Below, in pieces: positions 43,786-53,370 of a DNA stretch of 64,000 nt (position 1 is its first letter; each line of letters opens with the position of its first letter). The notes under the pieces are model-generated. The model saw only the letters and a list, made by a program, of their open reading frames with translations, ran no database searches and was not told the origin of the DNA. The position numbers were made by a program, and so were the translations under genes. Origin of the DNA: an uncultured Candidatus Saccharibacteria bacterium (lineage in GTDB: Bacteria; Patescibacteriota; Saccharimonadia; Saccharimonadales; CAYUUR01); assembly GCA_964448075.1 (NCBI GenBank), contig CAYUUR010000003.1:5610-69609 (forward strand), read 5' to 3'.

Positions 43786-44345
43786 GTCCGAGTGAAGTAG
43801 TAAACCAAGCCAAGAGTAAGTTCAATCAAGCAGTTGAGCATTTCCAGGAAGAGTCAAAAAAGATTAGAACCGGACGAGCTCATCCAGGTATGCTAGATGG
43901 CCTTATGGTAGAAGCATACGGTGTCCCGACGCCAATTGTGCAGGTCGCGAATGTGACTGCACCGGAGGCTCAGCTGCTACAGATTACTCCCTTTGACCCA
44001 GCCAACTTGGCAACGATATCAGCTGCTATTCGTGACAATCCGAGCCTTGGCCTTAACCCAAGCGACGACGGTCGGATTGTGCGCGTACCGATCCCACCAC
44101 TAAACGAAGAGCGTCGTCGTGACTACGTCAAAGTACTCAGCGGCAAGGTTGAAGATAGCATGGTGAGTTTACGAAACGTTCGTCACGAAGCACTCAAAAC
44201 CGTCGATGAGGCCAAAAAGGATAAAGACATTAGTGAAGACGAAGCAAAACGCATGACTGCCCAAGTTGACGAAGCATTGAACGCAGCAAAAAACGAGATA
44301 GAGGCGATTGCCAAGGCTAAAGAAGCCGAAATCATGACAGTCTAG
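43782..44345 (+). CDS. frr: Ribosome recycling factor
   Basis: Length and sequence are typical of RRF (TGRAHPGMLD, PIPPLNEERR). Confidence 0.9.
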   Translation: MSPSEVVNQAKSKFNQAVEHFQEESKKIRTGRAHPGMLDGLMVEAYGVPTPIVQVANVTAPEAQLLQITPFDPANLATISAAIRDNPSLGLNPSDDGRIVRVPIPPLNEERRRDYVKVLSGKVEDSMVSLRNVRHEALKTVDEAKKDKDISEDEAKRMTAQVDEALNAAKNEIEAIAKAKEAEIMTV

Positions 44346-44451
44346 AGTCTGGGTCTCAGGGACTAGGCCATAGAAGGATACTCCCTAATCCCTTGCCCCT
44401 AATCCCTTGTAGCCGTTATACTGGTTAAACAATGATGAAAGTGAAGCGGAA

Positions 44452-45126
44452 GTGATCCCCAAACATGTAGGCATTATTCTCGATGGTAACCGAAGATGGG
44501 CAAAAGCTCAGGGGCTGCCAGCAGTCGAGGGTCATCGCAAGGGCATGGAAGTCTTCAAGGATGTTTCCTTGGCGGCATTTGATCGTGGTGTGCATTACGT
44601 ATCGGCGTACATATTTTCGACCGAAAACTGGAAGCGTACCGAAGAAGAAGTCTCATATCTTATGGGTCTGGTAGTAAAGGCTGTCGAGAAGCATCTCGAC
44701 ACATTTCATGACGCCGGTATCCGTTTAGTACATATGGGAAGTCGTGAAAACTTGAATGCAAAAGTTTTGGAAGCAATCGATAGAAGCGTGGCTAAAACGG
44801 CGGAAAACAAGCGTGGAACGCTGGCATTGTGCTTCAACTACGGCGGCCACCAAGAGATTGTCGATGCAGTTCAATCAATTGTTGATTCTGGTGAAACATC
44901 AATCAGCAAAGAAACGATTAGTGCAGCGATATATGTACCCGAAGTGCCGCCGTGCGACATGATCATTAGAACGTCAGGCGAACAACGTTTGAGTGGGTTT
45001 ATGCTGTGGCGCAGTGAATATGCAGAGCTGAAGTTTGTCGACAAACATTGGCCAGATTTTTCTGTTGATGACCTTGACGACGCTCTAGAAGAATACAAGA
45101 ACCGCGAAAGACGGGTGGGTAAGTAA
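44452..45126 (+). CDS. uppS: Undecaprenyl diphosphate synthase
   Basis: HVGIILDGNRRWA; RTSGEQRLSGFMLW. GTG start. Confidence 0.9.
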   Translation: MIPKHVGIILDGNRRWAKAQGLPAVEGHRKGMEVFKDVSLAAFDRGVHYVSAYIFSTENWKRTEEEVSYLMGLVVKAVEKHLDTFHDAGIRLVHMGSRENLNAKVLEAIDRSVAKTAENKRGTLALCFNYGGHQEIVDAVQSIVDSGETSISKETISAAIYVPEVPPCDMIIRTSGEQRLSGFMLWRSEYAELKFVDKHWPDFSVDDLDDALEEYKNRERRVGK

Positions 45127-46250
45127 TGCCACTGGCTTTGCTTATCTTTGGGCTGTTGATGTTTGTGGCCTTGGTTGTGGTCCATGAATGGGGACACTAC
45201 ATTGCAGCGCGGCGGAATGGTATTGAAGTAGAAGAGTTTGGCATCGGCTTTCCGCCAAAGGCCAAGACAATCACCAAACGCCACGGTACAGAATTCACCC
45301 TAAACTGGTTGCCGCTTGGCGGCTTTGTAAAACTCAAAGGTGAGCACGACGCTGACACAGAACCCGGTACATATGGCGCAGCGCGCTTGTCTGCAAAGGT
45401 AAAAGTCATGCTGGCTGGCGTGGGTATGAACCTGCTCGTGGCATTTGTGCTTCTGACAATCCTGGCTGCGACTGGCATGCCAAAGATCATCGATAATCAG
45501 TTTACCGTTTCGTCCGACACAAAAGTTGTAAACCAAACGGTTTTGGTTGGAGCAGTCGCCGATGATTCTCCCGCTGCCAAGGCTGGCTTGGAGCAAGACG
45601 ATGAACTAGTATCTGTTGGAACGCCGGGTGAAACGCCGGTAAATGTTGTCTCATCCAGCGAATTCCCTGGCGTGACCAAACAGTTTGCCGGTCAAACAGT
45701 CGACGTGACGTATGTTCGTGATGGCCAGCAGCGTGTTGCTCGCGCCACACTAGAAAGCGCTGCAGCCGTTGAAGCGAGTCGCTCTACTGACGATCCAAAG
45801 GGCTACCTAGGGATTATCCCGTCAGATTATGTGATACAACGGTCGACGTGGTCAGCGCCAGTGGTCGCAGTTGGTTTTATCGGTCAGGCAACTGTACAGA
45901 CTCTTGATGGCTTGGGTTCAGCGCTTGGCAATCTACTAATGGGCAACGCCTCCAAGGCTGGTGAGCAAGTCTCAGGACCCGTGGGTATATTCGGCGTGCT
46001 CAAGCGCGGTAGTGAACTGGGTATGGGTTTTGTGCTGATGATTATCGCGCTTATTTCACTCACACTTGCCATCATGAATGCTTTGCCAATACCAGCGCTG
46101 GACGGTGGTCGACTGTTTGTAACGCTCCTGTACCGCGCACTTCGTAAGCCGCTGACTCCTAAGGCAGAAGAACGCATTCATGGGACTGGTTTTGCGCTGC
46201 TGATGATCCTGTTTTTGGTGATTACTATTGTAGACGTGAAGCGGTTATAA
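45126..46250 (+). CDS. rseP: RIP zinc metalloprotease RseP (site-2 protease)
   Basis: HEWGHY, central PDZ-like region, NALPIPALDGG. Confidence 0.9.
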   Translation: MPLALLIFGLLMFVALVVVHEWGHYIAARRNGIEVEEFGIGFPPKAKTITKRHGTEFTLNWLPLGGFVKLKGEHDADTEPGTYGAARLSAKVKVMLAGVGMNLLVAFVLLTILAATGMPKIIDNQFTVSSDTKVVNQTVLVGAVADDSPAAKAGLEQDDELVSVGTPGETPVNVVSSSEFPGVTKQFAGQTVDVTYVRDGQQRVARATLESAAAVEASRSTDDPKGYLGIIPSDYVIQRSTWSAPVVAVGFIGQATVQTLDGLGSALGNLLMGNASKAGEQVSGPVGIFGVLKRGSELGMGFVLMIIALISLTLAIMNALPIPALDGGRLFVTLLYRALRKPLTPKAEERIHGTGFALLMILFLVITIVDVKRL

Positions 46251-46251
46251 G

Positions 46252-47076
46252 ATGAACATGGTCTGGTTGCTGCTTGCAAACGTCGTGCTCTTTGGGCTGA
46301 TTCGTTATATCTCGCAGTCCAAACGGCACAAAACCAATAAAGGCGTTGTTAACTGGGATGGCTACGACGCAGTATCAATTACCGTTGCCATTTATTTGGT
46401 CTCACAACTCGTTGCCATTCTAATTTATGGTCTGTATTTGGCAGCTACTGGGGCAACATCCGGTGCGAGTGAGTTGCTTGGCTCTTCGGTATCTCACCAA
46501 TTCTTCTACATATTACTGGTAGAGGTGATAACACTTGCGAGTCTACAAGCGCTGTTGAAGCTACGCGGCAATAGTCTCCGTGTACTTGGTCTTGGAAAGC
46601 CTAACTGGAAGGATCTTGGGTATGTACTGGTTGGGTTTGGCATGTATTTGCCACTATTGGTCATATCGCTCAAAGCGGTGGAAGTACTGGCTCCGACCAT
46701 CAATCTTGATCAGCAACAACAGATTGGTTTTGAAAACGCCCAGGGGCCGCTGCAGCTGTTGTTAGTATTCTTTAGCTTAGTCATTCTGCCTCCAATTACT
46801 GAGGAAATTCTAGCGCGTGGGTATTTGTATCTTGGCCTCAGGAAGCAATTGCCCAAAATCTGGGCGGCGCTGATTACGAGTGCACTGTTTGCTATTGCAC
46901 ACTTGCAGTTTGGCAATGGGGCACCACTGCTTTGGACTGCTGCCGTTGATACATTTGTCCTGTCGCTCGTACTCATCTATATTCGCAATGCCACGGGCAA
47001 ACTATGGGCGCCGATTGGTCTGCATATGCTCAAAAATTTCATCGCCTTCTTGGCGTTGTTTGTTTTTGTGTCGTAA
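46252..47076 (+). CDS. CPBP-family intramembrane glutamic endopeptidase (CAAX protease-like)
   Basis: EEILARGY (EExxxR) and FAIAH motifs in a polytopic membrane protein. Confidence 0.8.
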   Translation: MNMVWLLLANVVLFGLIRYISQSKRHKTNKGVVNWDGYDAVSITVAIYLVSQLVAILIYGLYLAATGATSGASELLGSSVSHQFFYILLVEVITLASLQALLKLRGNSLRVLGLGKPNWKDLGYVLVGFGMYLPLLVISLKAVEVLAPTINLDQQQQIGFENAQGPLQLLLVFFSLVILPPITEEILARGYLYLGLRKQLPKIWAALITSALFAIAHLQFGNGAPLLWTAAVDTFVLSLVLIYIRNATGKLWAPIGLHMLKNFIAFLALFVFVS

Positions 47077-47096
47077 TGTTGTATAATCTAGGTATT

Positions 47097-47153
47097 ATGA
47101 AGATTACATTTGAAATCGACGTACCAAAGCCCAGCACGTTCCCGCGGGGCTAG
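47097..47153 (+). promoter_or_regulatory. Candidate 18-codon leader ORF (MKITFEIDVPKPSTFPRG) downstream of a TATAAT box
   Basis: TATAAT at 47082-47087 and ATG at 47097. Three Pro codons sit in the last nine codons. The stop is 30 nt before the terminator stem. Confidence 0.3.
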
Positions 47154-47182
47154 TTTGTTTGCGATAAAAATGTAAATCTAAC

Positions 47183-47205
47183 ACCCCTCACCAGAGGGGT
47201 TTTTC
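47183..47205 (+). terminator. Textbook intrinsic terminator ending 2 nt before the next start codon (attenuator candidate)
   Basis: acccctc (47183-47189), loop acca, gaggggt (47194-47200), T-run to 47204, then ATG at 47207. Confidence 0.7.
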
Positions 47206-47206
47206 A

Positions 47207-47986
47207 ATGGAGAAGATAATGAGCGAGTTAATAGTAAAGAAGTTTAGTAGCGGTCTTGTAACAAATGAAGACGGCATTGATCATGACGCCATACGACAGT
47301 ACACGGCTGGGATGGCGCAAACGTACCTTCGTCAGGGCAAGGGGCTTATTGTGGTGACGTCTGGTGCTATTGCAGCAGGGCGACAACGCGCAGAAGCCAT
47401 TAATGGCCGAGAAGCGATGCTGAAAATGACAACCCAGCAGTTAGCAACATGCGGCACGATAGCTATGTTTGGCGCCTGGGAGGCTGCCTGGGAAGAGCAA
47501 GGAGTGCTATCCGGAAGTGTCGCAGTGACACATCGTCAATTGGCAGGCCGTTCACTATGGAAACGGTTTTCAAACCGACACGAGAAGCGCGTGTTTGCTC
47601 AGGCTCTAACAGATAATCGTGAATCTGGCATAGTGACGAATACTAACGAATCTGATGCAATTAGCATTGCTGAGCTATTCAAAGAAAATGATGGGCTTGG
47701 TTGCCACGTGTCAATAAGTGCCGAAGCCGACGAATATCAAATGTTCACTAAACATGGTGGCTTGGTTGATGAAAACGGTCAGCTGGTTAAAGTAATTAGC
47801 AATGGGAATATTGATTGGGCACGAGAACTGGTTGCCTCACGAGAGACGAGCGTAACTGGTCGCGGTGGCTTTTCTGCAAAGATAGAAGCTGGTTGGGAAG
47901 CGGCGCAGGCTGGCATCGCGTCGAGTATTGCCGCCGTTAACCAAGATATGACAGGCGAGCGCGTGACGCGCTTTGTGGTAGGATAA
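47207..47986 (+). CDS. Amino-acid kinase family protein (divergent glutamate 5-kinase-like)
   Basis: IVKKFSSGLV start, VVTSGAIAAG, TNTNESDAISIAE (compare the NDxL region of ProB). An alternative ATG lies at 47219. Confidence 0.5.
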   Translation: MEKIMSELIVKKFSSGLVTNEDGIDHDAIRQYTAGMAQTYLRQGKGLIVVTSGAIAAGRQRAEAINGREAMLKMTTQQLATCGTIAMFGAWEAAWEEQGVLSGSVAVTHRQLAGRSLWKRFSNRHEKRVFAQALTDNRESGIVTNTNESDAISIAELFKENDGLGCHVSISAEADEYQMFTKHGGLVDENGQLVKVISNGNIDWARELVASRETSVTGRGGFSAKIEAGWEAAQAGIASSIAAVNQDMTGERVTRFVVG

Positions 47987-47990
47987 AGGA

Positions 47991-49247
47991 ATGAAAATAT
48001 CCCAGTTGTTTACCCGTACGCGCAAAGATGCACCAGCCGATGAGACCGCCAAGAATGCTCAGCTACTTATAAGAGCAGGTTATATCCATAAAGAAATGGC
48101 AGGTGTGTATGCGTATCTACCGCTTGGGGTGCGCGTGCTTGAGAATATCAAAAAAATTGTACGAGAAGAGATGAACGGGGTTGGCGGGCAAGAAGTCCAG
48201 ATGACAGTGCTGCAGCCAAAGGAAATATTTGAGAAAACTGATCGTTGGGATGATAAAAAAGTCGATAACTGGTTCAAGACAAAGCTCGTTAATGGCACGG
48301 AACTTGGTATGGGCCTGACGCATGAAGAACCAATTGTCGACATGCTGGCTGATTATTTAAAGTCCTACAAGGATTTGCCAATATTGACGTATCAGATCCA
48401 AGGAAAGTTCAGGAACGAACTTCGCGCACAGGCTGGACTCTTACGCGGACGCGAGTTCGTAATGAAAGATATGTATAGTTTTGCGCGCGACCAAAAAGAG
48501 CATGAGCAAATCTACGAAAAGGTTGCAGATGCGTACGCACGCGTGTATCAACGGCTTGGAATAGGCGACATAACGTTCCGGACATATGCTGACGGCGGTA
48601 TCTTTACCCCTCGTTTTAGCGATGAGTTTCAGATGTTAAGCGAAATAGGTGAAGACACAATCTACGTAGATGAAGCGCGCAAACTTGCGGTCAACAAAGA
48701 AGTCCTTGATGACAAAAGATTAGACGATACTGACATAGATAAAACGGCTCTCAAAGAATATAGGGCGATAGAGGTGGGCAATATCTTTCCGCTTGAAAGC
48801 AAGTATACTGACGCACTTGGAGTTTTTTATAACGATGAAGAAGGTAAGCAACAGAAGATTATTGCTGGCTGTTACGGTATCGGCGTGAGTCGGCTGATGG
48901 GCGCGCTTGCAGAGCATTTTTCTGATGAGCGTGGTCTTGTATGGCCAGAGAATGTCGCGCCTGCAAATGTATACTTGGCGAGTGTAGGCAATAGCGTGGC
49001 AGTCGTTAAGGCAAGTGATGAGCTGTACGAAAGCCTGCAAAAGCTTGGCATCGAGGTATTGTACGACGACCGTGATGTTCGGCCAGGTGAAAAATTTGCA
49101 GATGCTGATCTGGTCGGTATTCCTTATCGCGTGGTGATTAGTGAAAAAACCCTTGAACAGGGCAAGATTGAGCTCAAGAAACGCACCGATAAAGAGTCAA
49201 AACTTGTTACAAAAGACGAACTTACAAAGGTGCTAGGAGTTAATTAA
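47991..49247 (+). CDS. proS: Prolyl-tRNA synthetase (compact, no INS editing domain)
   Basis: Class II motif 2 KFRNELRAQAGLLRGREF and motif 3 region GCYGIGVSRL, with a C-terminal anticodon-binding domain. 418 aa. Confidence 0.9.
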   Translation: MKISQLFTRTRKDAPADETAKNAQLLIRAGYIHKEMAGVYAYLPLGVRVLENIKKIVREEMNGVGGQEVQMTVLQPKEIFEKTDRWDDKKVDNWFKTKLVNGTELGMGLTHEEPIVDMLADYLKSYKDLPILTYQIQGKFRNELRAQAGLLRGREFVMKDMYSFARDQKEHEQIYEKVADAYARVYQRLGIGDITFRTYADGGIFTPRFSDEFQMLSEIGEDTIYVDEARKLAVNKEVLDDKRLDDTDIDKTALKEYRAIEVGNIFPLESKYTDALGVFYNDEEGKQQKIIAGCYGIGVSRLMGALAEHFSDERGLVWPENVAPANVYLASVGNSVAVVKASDELYESLQKLGIEVLYDDRDVRPGEKFADADLVGIPYRVVISEKTLEQGKIELKKRTDKESKLVTKDELTKVLGVN

Positions 49248-49253
49248 CAGTCT

Positions 49254-49262
49254 TGATATAAT
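49254..49262 (+). promoter_or_regulatory. Extended -10 promoter element for greA
   Basis: TGATATAAT at 49254-49262. GAGAGGA SD lies before ATG 49321. Confidence 0.4.
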
Positions 49263-49320
49263 GGGGCTGAAACCGGACGACATACCCTGGTGAACTACCA
49301 ACAACGAGAGGATTTAACAG

Positions 49321-49782
49321 ATGAAAAAACTATTCCACCTGACCAAAGACGGCGTAAGCGAACTCCAGGCAGAACTGGCAGATTTGATTGCTATGCGACC
49401 TGAACTTGCTGAGCGCATTAAAAGCGCCCGTGAGTTTGGCGACCTATCAGAGAACGCCGAATATTCATCAGCACGTCAAGAGCAAGAAAAGGCCGAAAGC
49501 CGCATTGCTGAAATAGAACACATCTTACAGAACGTAGACGTTATCAAGAAGCCAAAGGGCGACAGTAAGGTCCAACTCGGCTCTAAGATTACTCTGAAGG
49601 CCAGCGACAGCAAGACCAAAGAGTTCCAGGTTGTGGGCACTGTAGAGGCAGATCCTCTGAATGGCAAAATCTCAGACGAATCACCAATCGGTAAAGCGCT
49701 CATGAACAAAAAAGTCGGCGACGACGTCGAGATCATAACTCCTGCTGAGACAGCAACCTATAAAGTCGTAGAAATTAGCTAA
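49321..49782 (+). CDS. greA: Transcription elongation factor GreA
   Basis: Coiled-coil N-domain with the acidic tip context (GDLSENAEY) and a C-terminal FKBP-like domain. Confidence 0.9.
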   Translation: MKKLFHLTKDGVSELQAELADLIAMRPELAERIKSAREFGDLSENAEYSSARQEQEKAESRIAEIEHILQNVDVIKKPKGDSKVQLGSKITLKASDSKTKEFQVVGTVEADPLNGKISDESPIGKALMNKKVGDDVEIITPAETATYKVVEIS

Positions 49783-49783
49783 T

Positions 49784-50050
49784 ATGCTCGAGAGTGAGTC
49801 TCGATTGTTTATATCGGCGGAAGCTGATCTTTGCACAGGCTGTGGACGGTGCGTAGAGCATGCGCCCGACCTCTTTGGGCACGCTGATGACGGGCTTGTA
49901 CGGGTCAAGATAGGTGAGACGTTGCTTAATAACATGGAAGAAGTACCTGTGCCAAAAGATAGAGAACACGCTGCGGTGCTTGCTGCGGAAGATTGCCAAG
50001 GTGAGATTATTTACATTGACAGTCACGTCGTGCGTGTATTCGAAGACTAA
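49784..50050 (+). CDS. Small ferredoxin (single Fe-S cluster type)
   Basis: CTGCGRC followed by a distal Cys (EDCQGE). 88 aa. Confidence 0.65.
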   Translation: MLESESRLFISAEADLCTGCGRCVEHAPDLFGHADDGLVRVKIGETLLNNMEEVPVPKDREHAAVLAAEDCQGEIIYIDSHVVRVFED

Positions 50051-50121
50051 CGAGTCACTCTAACTACCGTAAACCGGCAAAATCCTATACAATAACCCCA
50101 GATTTTTGAAAAAGGAACAAA

Positions 50122-51630
50122 ATGGCAACACTCAAAGAACTGCGCGATGAGCGCCTGCGCAAACTAGAGGAACTACAAAAACTTGGCGTCAATCCGTACC
50201 CAGCTAAAGCTACGCGTACGCATGCCGCTGCCGAGGTGACAGAAAAATTTGCGGAGTTAGAAGGTAAGTCTGTTTCTGTGGCTGGTCGCGTTCAATCCAT
50301 CCGTAAGTTTGGCAAGATTGCTTTTGTGGTTATCAAAGATGATGCGCATGAGCTACAACTCTTCTGGCGATCAAACGACAAAAAGCCAGACTTCACAAAC
50401 AGTGAGCTTGGCATGGATCAGATTAGTTTGCTTGATAGCGGTGACTTTGTAGAATGTGCCGGAAAAGTCATAAAAACCCAGACTGGTGAGATCTCGGTCG
50501 AGGTTGAGACGCTACGCTTGCTTACCAAAAGCCTTCGACCAATGCCAACCAAACAAGATGGCTTCACTAACAAAGAGGAGCGCCTGCGCCGTCGCTATAT
50601 AGATACTAATGTGAACGAGGACGTTCGCCAGCGCTATATCCGTCGTAGTAAATTCTGGCAAGCAACCCGCGATTTTCTGAACCAAAAAGGCTTTTTAGAA
50701 ATAAACGTACCGGTGCTGGAGCATACCACTGGTGGCGCTGACGCAAACCCATTTGTGACGCACATGGATGCAATTGACCAAGATTTTTATTTGCGCATCA
50801 GCCATGAACTACCCCTGAAACGACTGCTTGGCGGCGGGTATGAAAAAGTCTATGACATCGGCCCGCGCTTTCGGAATGAAAACTACACTGACGAACATTT
50901 GCCAGAGCACATCGCTATGGAGTGGTACTGGGCGTACGCTGACTGGCGTGATGGTATGGAGTTTATGACCGAGATGTATCGACATGTGCTGAAAGAGACC
51001 TTTGGTACGCTCAAGTTCAAGCTTGGAGATTTTGACATTGACCTCAGTAAGCCATGGGAAGAGTGGGATTACTGCGAAACGATTCAAAAAAAGTACGGCC
51101 TCAATCCGCTTGATTGTACGATCGACCAAGTCAAAAAGGCCCTTAAGGACAATAACCTCGAAGTCGAAAAGACCGAGAACATCGCTCGTGGTGTCGACAA
51201 ACTCTGGAAGAATATTCGCAAAGACGTGGCTGGCCCAATCTGGCTCATCAACACACCACTGTTTATTAGTCCGCTTGCAAAGGCCAATACTGATAATCCA
51301 CAGACGGTGCAGCGTTTCCAACCAGTGATGGCCGGTTCTGAACTTGGCAACGGCTTCTCCGAACTGAATAATCCATTAGAGCAATTACAGCGATTTGTTG
51401 AGCAGCAGCAGATGCGTGACGCTGGCGACGACGAAGCCATGATGCTTGATATCGATTTTGTAGAGATGCTGGAATACGGCATGCCACCTGCCTGTGGCTG
51501 GGGTTATTCTGAGCGCGTATTCTGGATCTTTGAAGGCGTGACAGCGCGTGAAGGCGTCCCATTCCCACAACTTCGCGCAGAGGTAGACAACGTAACAAAA
51601 AGCATCTATCCCGACATCAAACTATCATGA
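50122..51630 (+). CDS. lysS: Lysyl-tRNA synthetase (class II)
   Basis: N-terminal OB fold; motif 2 GPRFRNE; motif 3 region. 502 aa. Confidence 0.95.
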   Translation: MATLKELRDERLRKLEELQKLGVNPYPAKATRTHAAAEVTEKFAELEGKSVSVAGRVQSIRKFGKIAFVVIKDDAHELQLFWRSNDKKPDFTNSELGMDQISLLDSGDFVECAGKVIKTQTGEISVEVETLRLLTKSLRPMPTKQDGFTNKEERLRRRYIDTNVNEDVRQRYIRRSKFWQATRDFLNQKGFLEINVPVLEHTTGGADANPFVTHMDAIDQDFYLRISHELPLKRLLGGGYEKVYDIGPRFRNENYTDEHLPEHIAMEWYWAYADWRDGMEFMTEMYRHVLKETFGTLKFKLGDFDIDLSKPWEEWDYCETIQKKYGLNPLDCTIDQVKKALKDNNLEVEKTENIARGVDKLWKNIRKDVAGPIWLINTPLFISPLAKANTDNPQTVQRFQPVMAGSELGNGFSELNNPLEQLQRFVEQQQMRDAGDDEAMMLDIDFVEMLEYGMPPACGWGYSERVFWIFEGVTAREGVPFPQLRAEVDNVTKSIYPDIKLS

Positions 51631-51998
51631 TGCAGGTGCCGACTGACGAAGAGTTCGATGCGTTGATATCCAGAGCACTCGATAGCTTGCCTGATAAATA
51701 CACGTCGCGGCTTAAGAATGTGCTAATTACGTATGAGGACGAGCCAAGTATGGAGCAGCGCACACGGCTCAAACTGCACTGTAACCAAACTTTGTTTGGA
51801 CTGTACGAAGGCGTACCTCTACCAGCTCGCAACGGCATTGAGCCGCTTCTGCCAGATAGAATCACGATTTTTAAAGTTCCGATGGCGCACGCTACGAACA
51901 CGCCAGAAGAACTCTATGCGCAAGTTCGCCACACGCTGTGGCACGAGATGGCGCACTACTTTGGCCTCGACCACAAGCGTATCCATGAGTTAGAGTAA
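51627..51998 (+). CDS. Small zinc metallopeptidase-family protein (HExxH, COG3824-like)
   Basis: HEMAHYFG near the C-terminus. 4-nt overlap with lysS. Confidence 0.6.
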   Translation: MMQVPTDEEFDALISRALDSLPDKYTSRLKNVLITYEDEPSMEQRTRLKLHCNQTLFGLYEGVPLPARNGIEPLLPDRITIFKVPMAHATNTPEELYAQVRHTLWHEMAHYFGLDHKRIHELE

Positions 51999-52020
51999 GA
52001 GTACAAAAGGAAGGTTTTTC

Positions 52021-52323
52021 ATGAAAGCAGTCTGGAATGATCAAGTAATTGCCGAGGCAGACAAAGACGATTTGATTTATATTGAAGGGAACTGGTACTT
52101 TCCCCCGGACAAAGTAAAGTCTGAGTTTTTAGAAAATAGTCCAACACCGTATACCTGCCCATGGAAAGGCGACTGCCAGTACTTTAACGTAGTGCAAGGT
52201 GACAAAAAGAGTGAAGACGTGGCTTGGAGCTACCCTGAGCCAAAGGCGTCCGCTATCGACACTGTCAAAAAAGATTTCTCTAACTATGTCGCGTTCTACC
52301 GCGACGTCCAAGTAACGGAGTAA
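52021..52323 (+). CDS. DUF427-like small protein
   Basis: VWNDQVIAEADKDDLIYIEGNWYFP...CPWKGDCQYFNV is the pattern I associate with DUF427. Confidence 0.55.
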   Translation: MKAVWNDQVIAEADKDDLIYIEGNWYFPPDKVKSEFLENSPTPYTCPWKGDCQYFNVVQGDKKSEDVAWSYPEPKASAIDTVKKDFSNYVAFYRDVQVTE

Positions 52324-52325
52324 GT

Positions 52326-52805
52326 ATGCATCAGGCGATATTTGCTGCCGGTTGCTTCTGGGGAGTGCAGTATTATTTTGACCAAGTGCCGGGCGTCAAG
52401 AAGACTTCTGTGGGCTACACAGGCGGCAAGACCAAGAACCCAACGTATGAGCAAGTCAGTTACGAAGCAACTGGTCACGCAGAGGCGGTGTTGGTAGAGT
52501 TTGAGCCGAAAGAAGTCAACTATGAAACATTGGTCCGGCAATTCTTTCGCATGCACGACCCAACGCAGCTCAATCGCCAAGGCCCAGATGTGGGTGATCA
52601 GTATCGTTCAGCAATCTTTACCATGGATGACACGCAAACGGCGATTGCTGAAAATGTCCGCGACGAACTGCAGGAATCATCTGATCAGCCTATTGCGACC
52701 ATAATTGAGCGAGCTGGCGAATTCTACGCAGCCGAAGCCTGCCATCAAAAATACACACAACGCACCGGCCGCGGCATGTGCCACATTCCGTTTAAAGCGA
52801 TCTAG
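52326..52805 (+). CDS. msrA: Peptide methionine sulfoxide reductase MsrA
   Basis: Catalytic GCFWG motif at the N-terminus; HAEAV; DPTQLNRQG. Confidence 0.9.
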   Translation: MHQAIFAAGCFWGVQYYFDQVPGVKKTSVGYTGGKTKNPTYEQVSYEATGHAEAVLVEFEPKEVNYETLVRQFFRMHDPTQLNRQGPDVGDQYRSAIFTMDDTQTAIAENVRDELQESSDQPIATIIERAGEFYAAEACHQKYTQRTGRGMCHIPFKAI

Positions 52806-52866
52806 TTGTTGGCAGTAAATTTACATGTTATAATATATCTAAGTAATTGAGTAAAGAGGATATTCT

Positions 52867-53322
52867 GTGGCAGAAGTAATGTACCCTGACGTGCGCGATA
52901 TAGATTTCGATGTAGATACCAGTCCGTTGAGTACTGAACGTAAGTTGGCTATCCTGTCTGTTGCTGCTTGTGCAGTAGGTGCGATCGGTTTGAGCTATTT
53001 TTTGCCACAGATTGATATCGAAATGCAATATTACCGCAGTATGGACGCTACGGAATACATTAATGCAGATGGTTTTGTGATTCAGCGCGATGCCATTAAG
53101 CAGCTAGATGTGTCTACTCAAAGCGTCAAGTTCGACGCGGCGATATCAAGAGCATGTGAAGTTCCAATAACGGCTGAGCTGACTATGGATAGTGAAGATC
53201 GGGTCCGTGATGTCTCGGGCTATACAATTGATGGTTACGGGATGGAAGGCATTGTTTACTTTGATGAACAGCCAGAACTAGCTGCGTACGTTGCTATTCA
53301 TCAGCAAGATATCTGTAACTGA
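52867..53322 (+). CDS. Hypothetical single-pass membrane protein
   Basis: AAAGAGGA lies before GTG 52867. TM helix LAILSVAACAVGAIGLSYFL followed by a ~100-aa acidic domain. Confidence 0.45.
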   Translation: MAEVMYPDVRDIDFDVDTSPLSTERKLAILSVAACAVGAIGLSYFLPQIDIEMQYYRSMDATEYINADGFVIQRDAIKQLDVSTQSVKFDAAISRACEVPITAELTMDSEDRVRDVSGYTIDGYGMEGIVYFDEQPELAAYVAIHQQDICN

Positions 53323-53370
53323 GCCCAATAAATCCTTCGGGTGCAGAGCAGCTTGTGCTAAAGTGAGCAC

